Shown: positions 33,684 through 40,586 of the stretch, piece after piece
Position numbering within the stretch: position 1 is the stretch's first letter
Layout: each line of letters starts with the position of its first letter
Virus record (IMG/VR): IMGVR_UViG_3300045988_098128
Span: 1-53,864 of that record
DNA length: 53,864 nucleotides
Source: a virus
Strand: one strand, 5' to 3'
The notes under the pieces: generated by a model
Databases searched by the model: none
What the model was told of the DNA's origin: nothing
Seen by the model: only the letters and a program-made list of their open reading frames with translations
Made by a program: the position numbers and the translations under genes

Positions 33684-33768
33684 GCAGAGTGACGGGAGCA
33701 ATCCCGTTAATGCGGTCCGGCAGACGGTCACAAACCCCGAAAGCCGAAAAGAAAGGAATTATCAAAAA

Positions 33769-34566
33769 ATGACAAATTATGAAATCCGTGAAAATCATCA
33801 ATACAACAGTCGCGAGGTTTATTTTGACGGCAAGCCGTCCCGCGCAACTCTCGACGCGCTGAAAGCGTTGAAAATGCGTTGGAATCACGTTAAGGCGTGC
33901 TGGTACGGCTACGCGCAGGAACATGAGCTTATCAACGCCATCATCGCCAACGACAGAGACGGCGAGGACATCACCGGAGAAAAGACGGAGGGCGCGACGG
34001 TCTACACAGACGGCTACCTCGGCGGCGGCGCGGTCTACGGCTCAAAGTCCGATAAACACCTCTACGGCGCGGACTTATCAAAAGCAATCAGGGAGGACAT
34101 CAAAGCGGCGGGAATCAAAGGCGCATCCGTGCGCTGCAAATCTTATTCCGGCGGGCAGTCAATCACCGTCACGCTCTCACTCCCCACGACAGCGTACATC
34201 AGCAAAGAACAGTTTGCTGTCGATTATCGCATTCCCACGTCCGCAAGCTGGATTTACTACGAGGACGAGGACGGGAAAAGCCAAACAATACACATCAACA
34301 AATACTACAGCGAGATATCAGCCGACGAGCAGGAGAAAATCCGAATTGCCGCAGCGAAATGCGAATACAGTCGCGAAGCCGAAAGCGAAAACGATTTGAA
34401 CATTTACCACCTCGACAAATATAAAGTATACACAGCCGAAACAATGGAAATCATCAAAAAAGTGAATTCCATCATCAGCGCATACCGCTATGATGAGTCA
34501 AATAGCATGGTGGACTATTTTGATACCAACTTTTATTATAACATCCACACAAAGCCGATATCGTAA
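33769..34566 (+). CDS. hypothetical protein; N-terminus resembles the short domain seen in polyvalent proteins of conjugative elements and phages
   Basis: Contains the motif YNSREVYFDGKPSRATLDALKALKMRWNHVKACWYGY. The family assignment is from memory only. Confidence 0.55.
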   Translation: MTNYEIRENHQYNSREVYFDGKPSRATLDALKALKMRWNHVKACWYGYAQEHELINAIIANDRDGEDITGEKTEGATVYTDGYLGGGAVYGSKSDKHLYGADLSKAIREDIKAAGIKGASVRCKSYSGGQSITVTLSLPTTAYISKEQFAVDYRIPTSASWIYYEDEDGKSQTIHINKYYSEISADEQEKIRIAAAKCEYSREAESENDLNIYHLDKYKVYTAETMEIIKKVNSIISAYRYDESNSMVDYFDTNFYYNIHTKPIS

Positions 34567-34644
34567 TATCCCTTCTCCCGCTTCGGCGGGAATCGTCAGC
34601 CGGTAAAAGTCCGGCTCTGAAGAGCAAGAGCGAAACGAAAAGCA

Positions 34645-34851
34645 ATGGAGCAAACAACAATGAAAAAATATCGAATCAAGGGTACATGGTACACCATAAA
34701 AGCAAGCTGTATCAAGCAAGCACTTTTGAAGCTCGTGGACGAGGGCGGCGACTTTACATACACCCCGCATTGGTACACAAAAAGCAATCGTAAGTCATGG
34801 GCAGAGTTTGAAACATCCTACGGCTACAAAGGAATCCTCGAAGAGGTTTGA
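34645..34851 (+). CDS. hypothetical protein (68 aa)
   Basis: ORF within the operon. Confidence 0.5.
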   Translation: MEQTTMKKYRIKGTWYTIKASCIKQALLKLVDEGGDFTYTPHWYTKSNRKSWAEFETSYGYKGILEEV

Positions 34852-34854
34852 ATC

Positions 34855-35112
34855 ATGAAGAAACTTACATCACTCGCCCTCATCATCCTGCTGGGCATAG
34901 TCTCCTGCTCCCCTATCAAGCAGGAGCGTTACCAAAGCGGCGTTTACACCGAAGTAAACAGTGGCTGCGGCTACATCATCACCGACGACGGCAACGTATG
35001 GAGTTACTTCGACCGGTCAATCTCCAGCGGCTCTTCCGTCCTCGTCACCATTTCCGACGAGGGCACGGAAGAAATCGAAGACGACGTAATCACAAACGTT
35101 GTCGAAAAATAA
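34855..35112 (+). CDS. small lipoprotein
   Basis: The signal peptide MKKLTSLALIILLGIVSC carries a lipobox-like IVSC. Confidence 0.65.
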   Translation: MKKLTSLALIILLGIVSCSPIKQERYQSGVYTEVNSGCGYIITDDGNVWSYFDRSISSGSSVLVTISDEGTEEIEDDVITNVVEK

Positions 35113-35145
35113 ATCAAAAAAATCTAAAAATTTATACGAAACCTA

Positions 35146-35174
35146 TTGACAAATGCGCCAATGGGTGGTATAAT
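35146..35174 (+). promoter_or_regulatory. consensus promoter (TTGACA-17-TATAAT), duplicate of the 33317 cassette
   Basis: aacctattgacaaatgcgccaatgggtggtataatataa compared with aacctattgactatttgcgcaaatagtggtataatataa. Confidence 0.65.
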
Positions 35175-35214
35175 ATAATCACAGCAAGGGAATAAAACAA
35201 AAGGAGAAAAGAAA

Positions 35215-35508
35215 ATGACTACATACGAGAGGGTAAAGAAGGCATTAGAAAGTTATAACTTTGACGACGAAAACGGAAACGGCGTCAACGAATTGATTGC
35301 ATACGCTTACTTTTTGGGCAAGTGTGAAAAATCGAAAGAATTGTGCGACAAGGCACATTCTATGCTTGAAGCACAACACAATCGAGCCAAGGGTTGCAGA
35401 TACCATAAAATGGCTGAAGATGTTGTGGGCAGACAAACTATTCTCTATGACGGAGATTATGACCAGTGGATTGGGATGTTTTCCCAAGACAAGACGGAAG
35501 TCAATTAA
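35215..35508 (+). CDS. hypothetical protein (97 aa)
   Basis: The RBS AAAGGAGAA lies upstream. Confidence 0.6.
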   Translation: MTTYERVKKALESYNFDDENGNGVNELIAYAYFLGKCEKSKELCDKAHSMLEAQHNRAKGCRYHKMAEDVVGRQTILYDGDYDQWIGMFSQDKTEVN

Positions 35509-35616
35509 GAAGTCAATTAATAAAAAAGCCGACCGAGCGGCTATAAATAGGGTTTAGGCTCGGTGCGTTCCCTCTTCGGAGGGAGGTATCTAACAAAATC
35601 GAAAGGTGAATCAAAA

Positions 35617-36213
35617 ATGAGAATCATATCATATTCAACGAGCAAACCTATAACAACCGAAACTGATACCTACACGGTTATCTACGACCTTCCGAGCAAA
35701 ATAGCCACCGAACCGATTGTCATTCACTCTCGCGGCTTCGACAGTTGGAAAAAAGGCGAAATAATCACTTTTTCCGAGTTCGACGCAAACAGAAGTTATG
35801 AGCTTGTTTGCGAGTTTGACTTAACGCGGTGCTACGACGATTACTACGGCATTGCTCTCAAATTAGCCGGATACAAGCCGAAATTTCAATTCCGCCGTAA
35901 CAACCTTAATGATTCTCCCATGTCCTTTAATAATCCGGCAGCCGACTGGGAAAATAAAATAGTCGATGAGATTGTGAACTCCAACGAAGAGTTGAAATTG
36001 CAAGCTGCCGCAGTTCAGCTTATGCTCCACGATAGAGTGAAAGCAGCTCTTGAAGAACCGTATTTCACCACTCTCGGACGGACGCTTGAAGATATAGATT
36101 GGCATCTGCCTAAGTACTCGTATATAAAAAATGTCGAGCATAACGGAAGAAAATATCTTCTCACCATTGATTATAAGACACTCAGAGTATCGTTTAACTT
36201 ACAGGAGGAATAA
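35617..36213 (+). CDS. hypothetical protein (198 aa)
   Basis: Track ORF trimmed to the ATG at 35617, which follows AAAGGTGA. Confidence 0.6.
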   Translation: MRIISYSTSKPITTETDTYTVIYDLPSKIATEPIVIHSRGFDSWKKGEIITFSEFDANRSYELVCEFDLTRCYDDYYGIALKLAGYKPKFQFRRNNLNDSPMSFNNPAADWENKIVDEIVNSNEELKLQAAAVQLMLHDRVKAALEEPYFTTLGRTLEDIDWHLPKYSYIKNVEHNGRKYLLTIDYKTLRVSFNLQEE

Positions 36214-36217
36214 AAAC

Positions 36218-37087
36218 ATGTTTAGCTTTGCAACAAAATCATCCCACCTCTTCGCCCCCGTCAACGGAGCAACAACGTTTTTCATCCACTGTTCCGCGTT
36301 TTTCCGTTCCCTCGGAGAAACCGAGAACGACCGCGCATCCGCCTACGTCGAGGAAATCCGCATAGGCGACACATCCTACCTCTGCCTGTGGCGGGAGGAA
36401 GACGCGCGTTTCTTCCTCAACCGCGAGTGGCGCGACAGCTCCCGCACCTGTCCCGACAGATGGGGTTCGGACAACGCTTTCGACCTTACGACCGTTGTTT
36501 TTGACAACGGGGACAAGCTCGACCTCTCCGTTGTTCACCCTGTCGGAGATATCGTTTTCTCCGACTATATCAAGGCGGGAGTTGCTGATTTTGGTTGTCT
36601 CTCCGACATCGCGGCAACTCTCGATGTTATCCGTAGCACGTCGAGAGCCGGAGAAGCGGATAACATCATCAGCTCCGCGTCTTCTCACCCCATTTCCGCG
36701 CTTGCGGGTATCGAAATCGCGCAAGCCGTCGCAAAGCTCGACAAGCTCTACGCCGAGCGGGACGAGAGTGAGGAAGAGGACGATGAGCGCGAGGACGCTA
36801 TCATGTCATGGTCGGCGGTGCTCAACGGTCAAAACCGTGAGACGCTGTCCCGCCTGACGCTTGCTCTCTCCCGTCAGCTTCACACGCTTGCGGTTAAAGC
36901 CTACGCCGACAACTTTGCAGAGAGCGACATTCCCGCTCTCCGTAAGCTGGCAAAGATGCCGCACTTCTTTGAGCCTATCACCCTCTTTTGGCGAGAAGAA
37001 GACCGCGACGTCTACCCCAACCCCGTCGACGACCCGCGATACGTCACAATTGACGAAATCATCAAAAATATATCGAAAGGAGAATAA
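36218..37087 (+). CDS. hypothetical protein (289 aa)
   Basis: Track ORF trimmed to the ATG at 36218, which follows GGAGGAATAAAAAC. Visibly GC-rich. Confidence 0.6.
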   Translation: MFSFATKSSHLFAPVNGATTFFIHCSAFFRSLGETENDRASAYVEEIRIGDTSYLCLWREEDARFFLNREWRDSSRTCPDRWGSDNAFDLTTVVFDNGDKLDLSVVHPVGDIVFSDYIKAGVADFGCLSDIAATLDVIRSTSRAGEADNIISSASSHPISALAGIEIAQAVAKLDKLYAERDESEEEDDEREDAIMSWSAVLNGQNRETLSRLTLALSRQLHTLAVKAYADNFAESDIPALRKLAKMPHFFEPITLFWREEDRDVYPNPVDDPRYVTIDEIIKNISKGE

Positions 37088-37092
37088 TAATC

Positions 37093-37452
37093 ATGCTATT
37101 ATCTGAATTTCACAGACTTCGCATCGACGCGGAGGACTGCTCATCATTGGAGCAGTATATCGCCGAGGAAGGCGGCAGCCTGCCGGAGGAATGCTATTCC
37201 GCCGACGGAAGCGGAGACGCTCCAATCAAGATTTTAACAATAATCTGGGAGCTGGCGCACGATTTTTGTGCATCAAAAGTCCGCGCCGTCAGCGGCATGA
37301 CGCAAGCGGAATTTGTCCGCGAGTACCGCATCCCAAGACGAACAATCGAGCATTGGGCTGCGGACGAAAGAACGCCGCCGCCCTACGTTCTCGAGCTGCT
37401 GGCGGCGGATGTTGTGTCGGCGAAAATTAAGGAGGTGATGGAAGAAAACTAA
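37093..37452 (+). CDS. HTH (XRE-like C-terminal) protein
   Basis: The sequence SGMTQAEFVREYRIPRRTIEHWAADERTPPPYVLELLA is a typical antitoxin/regulator HTH. Confidence 0.6.
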   Translation: MLLSEFHRLRIDAEDCSSLEQYIAEEGGSLPEECYSADGSGDAPIKILTIIWELAHDFCASKVRAVSGMTQAEFVREYRIPRRTIEHWAADERTPPPYVLELLAADVVSAKIKEVMEEN

Positions 37453-37767
37453 AAAAACAGAATGGCAACGGATTGGCGAAGCTACGCGGAGACTAATAAT
37501 GCATGGAAAAGCAGAGAAACGGCGAGGCGACGGAATAGAATCGCACTGTATAGTTGGAAATGCTGTGAAAAGCGAAGAAACGGCATCGCACTGCAACCAA
37601 TAGATGGAAAAGCAAAGGATAAGCAGGGCGCTGATTCGCTCAGTGTGCCAAGAAAAGCAAAGGCATTGCGACGAAGAGCTTAGCGTGGACCAGAAACGAA
37701 AAGGAAATGCACTGCATTGCATCTAAAAGAAGGAAATGCGGCGAAAAGGAAAAGAAAGGACTAAAAA
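37453..37767 (+). repeat. T-poor purine-rich intergenic element R1 (315 nt)
   Basis: It shares many 8-12-mers with R2 at 50083-50404 (acggaatagaa, gaagaaacg, gaatggcaacgga, gaaacgaaaagg). Internal repeats include tggaaaagca and atcgcactg. Confidence 0.7.
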
Positions 37768-38370
37768 ATGTCGGAATTTGTAGCAAAAGAGTTAAAAGTT
37801 AGATTGACGTTTGTAGAAGAGGTGTTAGGCTCGTCTCCATCAAGCGAGAAAATCTATAGTGAGTACATAGCAAGCAAAGCGCCGGACTCGCTTGACACAG
37901 AGGACGAAATAGAAGCAATAGGCAACGAAGAAGACAACAAAGGCGTGACAGTTTTCCCGAAGCAGGACGGCAAGCCTGGTGTGTGGGATTATCAGGTAAA
38001 AGGCGCGTTCAAGGACGCCTGCGGTGGTCTCTCCCGCGTAAAAACGACGGAATCAGCCAAAATCAAGGCTTATAAAAAGGTCATTGATAAGCTGATTTTC
38101 GTCGAGCCGCGTTTCGCTCCGTATCAAGTCAACGGTGAGATTGGCATATGCGAACGCCCGTTGAGAACCAACGGCGCGACAGGCGAAAGAACAGCACTCG
38201 CCGCATCGGAAACACTTCCCGCCGGTTCTTCCGTCGAATTCACAATCCTGCTGTTCGACGAAAAGCTTGAACCGGCAGTCCGCGAATGGCTTGACTACGG
38301 CAAATACAGCGGCTTCGGACAGTGGCGGAATTCCGGAAAAGGCAGATACACCTGGGAAGAAAGCAAATAA
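37768..38370 (+). CDS. hypothetical protein, diverged paralog of 48736..49392 (RAMP-like Gly loop?)
   Basis: Both proteins share an N-terminal beta-strand (LKVRLTFVEEVLG vs VTLRIVGETPLIM), a central G.P...YQVKGAFKDA vs FGFPVTAFKQAA, and a C-terminal SGFGQWRNSGKGRY vs GVGEWRPERDGQYGKF. Confidence 0.65.
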   Translation: MSEFVAKELKVRLTFVEEVLGSSPSSEKIYSEYIASKAPDSLDTEDEIEAIGNEEDNKGVTVFPKQDGKPGVWDYQVKGAFKDACGGLSRVKTTESAKIKAYKKVIDKLIFVEPRFAPYQVNGEIGICERPLRTNGATGERTALAASETLPAGSSVEFTILLFDEKLEPAVREWLDYGKYSGFGQWRNSGKGRYTWEESK

Positions 38371-38380
38371 AAGCAAAAAA

Positions 38381-38440
38381 AGAGAGCCGAAAGGCTCTTT
38401 TTTATACAGAAATAGAGCGGACTTACCGCTCTATTTTTAT
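38381..38440. terminator. pair of convergent intrinsic terminators
   Basis: agagcc-gaaa-ggctct followed by TTTTTT, and aatagagcgg-actta-ccgctctatt followed by tttat. Confidence 0.7.
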
Positions 38441-38442
38441 TC

Positions 38443-38883
38443 TCACAGTAAGTCTTTCCGCAGTTGCTTTACACCGTCGTAAAGCATCTCATAGTCCGCT
38501 TTGTTTATACGCCCTTTGCCGTACATCTTCTTGAGTATCTCATCTGCGTAGTCAAATAATGTGCGGTTTTCTGGATAAGCGTCTATATCTCCACGCGCCG
38601 CTCTGTACTCAAGTACCCCTATTACTGCTATGAGCATAACACAATATTGTGCCATCTTATGGTTGACATAAGTGTTTTTTGCTTTTGCGTCTTCATACTT
38701 CAAGCGAAGTATTTCGCCAAAATCGGTAGATTTGATATCTTCCCATTCCATTCCGTCCGGCAGTATCCGCAAAACCGCCGTCCACAAACCCGTTTCACGG
38801 TCATCCGGCAACTTGTAGACGTGCCGGAGAATCCACCAGCTTAAAAGCCTCTTGTTCATCGTATTTGGTTTATGCTTTTTCAT
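38443..38883 (-). CDS. hypothetical protein (146 aa)
   Basis: ATGA-type overlap with the upstream gene. Confidence 0.6.
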   Translation of the reverse strand: MKKHKPNTMNKRLLSWWILRHVYKLPDDRETGLWTAVLRILPDGMEWEDIKSTDFGEILRLKYEDAKAKNTYVNHKMAQYCVMLIAVIGVLEYRAARGDIDAYPENRTLFDYADEILKKMYGKGRINKADYEMLYDGVKQLRKDLL

Positions 38884-39581
38884 CAGTTTATGTTCCCGCT
38901 AAATTGCACATCGTAACTGTAGTAAAAATAGCCGTCTTGGAAATGTACAGTTTGCGAATCATCCCAAACATCCAGTTTGCCGCTGATTTTAGATACAGTC
39001 ATAGGGAGTTCGACATTGTTATCGGAATAATATCTTATATATCCCGACGAATCAGCTGCTATACGGTAGGAATCATTACTTACATCATAGCTAAAACCGT
39101 TTATCGATATGGCAGATGAAGTTGCTTTCAGCTCAACACTTGTTTTGTTGGTTGCCAAAAACTCAACGTAGTATTTAATCTCGCCCCAGTAGTTTTCTTC
39201 GGAGTAAACACGGCTGAACGAAATAGTGATAAAATCATCATCATACAGCACGTTGCTCGTATTTTGATAACCGCTATCATTTTCATATCCGCCATAACCG
39301 CCGGAACTTGACACCGTAGCCATACGCCGGTCGGAATCATAGCCGACTTCAAGTCCGTATGCTTCGGCAAGCGCGCGGAGCGGTGCATAAGTCGTGCCGT
39401 TGTAGGAAAACGTCATTACATCATTTCCGTTCGCGTCTTTCGGGCGGAATTCTTCTCCGTCAACGAGTATCTTTATCGACGGGTCTACATCAATCGTCAT
39501 GAGCTGCCCCGCCGCCAATATCGAGGTTGATAATGCGGTAACAATTCCGCAGGCTATAAGTATCTTCGTGCTGTTCTTCAT
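38883..39581 (-). CDS. secreted protein with copper-amine-oxidase N-terminal (stalk)-like domain
   Basis: A signal peptide (MKNSTKILIACGIVTALSTSILAAG) and the motifs KILVDGEEF...YNGTTYAPLRALAEAYGLEVGYD. Confidence 0.7.
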   Translation of the reverse strand: MKNSTKILIACGIVTALSTSILAAGQLMTIDVDPSIKILVDGEEFRPKDANGNDVMTFSYNGTTYAPLRALAEAYGLEVGYDSDRRMATVSSSGGYGGYENDSGYQNTSNVLYDDDFITISFSRVYSEENYWGEIKYYVEFLATNKTSVELKATSSAISINGFSYDVSNDSYRIAADSSGYIRYYSDNNVELPMTVSKISGKLDVWDDSQTVHFQDGYFYYSYDVQFSGNIN

Positions 39582-39705
39582 TTGTTGTCACATCCTTTCG
39601 GATAAAGGGTATCACAAAATCAATTCTCAGTCAAGAGCTTAGACAAAAGTTTATCAACAAAACGCAAAAAAACGTAAAAAAATACCGCAAAAACCCCGCT
39701 GTTAC

Positions 39706-39817
39706 GAGAAAAGAAAAAAGAGAGAGAAAGAAGAAAGAAGAAAAAGAAAGAAAAGAACCAAAAGAAAGAATAAAGAAGAAAGAAGAAATAGAGAGATAAA
39801 AGAAAAGAGTAAGGGGG
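39706..39817. repeat. about 110-bp purine (GA) tract ending in a G-run
   Basis: gagaaaagaaaaaagagagagaaagaagaaagaagaaaaagaaag...aagagtaaggggg, with only a handful of pyrimidines. Confidence 0.9.
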
Positions 39818-39884
39818 CTCTATAGCCGCCCCCCAGCCCCGGCACTGTTCAGCAGAGCTGAACGACTTATAAGAGAAAAGAAGA

Positions 39885-39990
39885 CAAGTATAACTATATA
39901 TTATAGTATTGACTATAGATTTAAGTACATACCATCAAGTATAGTATATCTAAATTTTAAGTATTAATTATAGTATATCTTTATATAATA
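39885..39990. repeat. AT-rich block with short direct repeats
   Basis: tatagtatatct occurs at 39940 and 39969. tataactatat at 39889 also occurs at 32627. Confidence 0.7.
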
Positions 39991-40004
39991 TACGCAGTTT
40001 TCAA

Positions 40005-40105
40005 TATTTTTCTTTTTTCGCCGTCGCGTCGCCTTTCTGCGTTTCCGCTTTTACCGCTTGTTTTTCGTCCGATTGCGTTCTCGCACCCTCGCGTCCGTTT
40101 AAAAC
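40005..40105 (-). repeat. purine-rich (on the minus strand) element R3, related to R1/R2
   Basis: The reverse complement reads ...aagcggaaacgcagaaaggcgacgcgacggcgaaaaaag. Compare ggcgaggcgacggaatag in R1. Confidence 0.45.
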
Positions 40106-40267
40106 GCTCCACAACGTGCCAGAACCATCTGTGGTGCGTGTTGTTTGCTTTTTAGTGATTTACCTGTCTTGAATAATAACACGCTTTAAACGGCTTCTGT
40201 GACGTTCAGAACGCGTTCCGTCAAATCAGTTTCCCGCAAAAGTTTTACCGGATAGCGAACTTTGACA

Positions 40268-40333
40268 GTCAAACGAATGTCAATTTGACGTCAAACGGAA
40301 GTCAAATTGAATTCAATCGGAATTCAAACGATG
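40268..40333. repeat. three tandem 22-bp repeats (GTCAAACGRAWGTCAAWTTGA-like)
   Basis: gtcaaacgaatgtcaatttgac / gtcaaacggaagtcaaattgaa / ttcaatcggaattcaaacgatg. Confidence 0.75.
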
Positions 40334-40362
40334 TTTAACCGCTAATTAACAGTGATTTAACT

Positions 40363-40430
40363 GTTACAGTAACGTTACAGTAACAGTTACAGTAACGTTA
40401 CAGTAACAGTTACACTAACGTTACAGAAAC
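40363..40430. repeat. six tandem 11-bp palindromic units GTTAC-A-GTAAC (putative origin or operator array)
   Basis: Copies at 40363, 40374, 40386, 40397, 40409 (gttacactaac) and 40420 (gttacagaaac). Confidence 0.9.
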
Positions 40431-40512
40431 ACCGTTCCAAGAACGTTCCAAAGACGTTTTAAAAACAGAAAGTCACCGTGACCGCTTAATCTGACAGTCA
40501 GACAATTTTCAG

Positions 40513-40548
40513 CCTTACAGAAGTCTTACAACCGTCTTACAGTAAGAC
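40513..40548. repeat. three CTTACA boxes at 11-bp spacing, the last inside the perfect palindrome GTCTTACAGTAAGAC
   Basis: Boxes at 40514, 40525 and 40536. The palindrome spans 40534-40548. Confidence 0.8.
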
Positions 40549-40586
40549 AAAAAAGAGCAAGGAATCGCTTCCCTGCTCTTTTTTAT
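40548..40586 (-). terminator. intrinsic terminator of the repressor gene (duplicate of 3486-3526)
   Basis: Stem agagcaaggaa/ttccctgctct with loop tcgc, flanked by an A-run and a T-run. Confidence 0.7.

Noticed and set aside
33923-34399. A 158-aa plus-strand ORF inside 33769..34566.
   Set aside because: It is an Arg/Ser/Thr/Pro-rich alternative frame of a GC-rich gene, with no RBS.
36239-36857. ORFs 36239..36724 (minus strand, 161 aa) and 36495..36857 (plus strand, 120 aa).
   Set aside because: They are alternative or antisense frames of the GC-rich gene 36218..37087, with low-complexity Arg/Gly/Val or Ser/Thr/Arg composition.
39706-39817. The GA tract read as coding for a Lys/Glu/Arg-rich protein.
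   Set aside because: There is no start codon with an RBS, the tract is interrupted by stops in the plus frames, and it lies in a region with no flanking coding signal.
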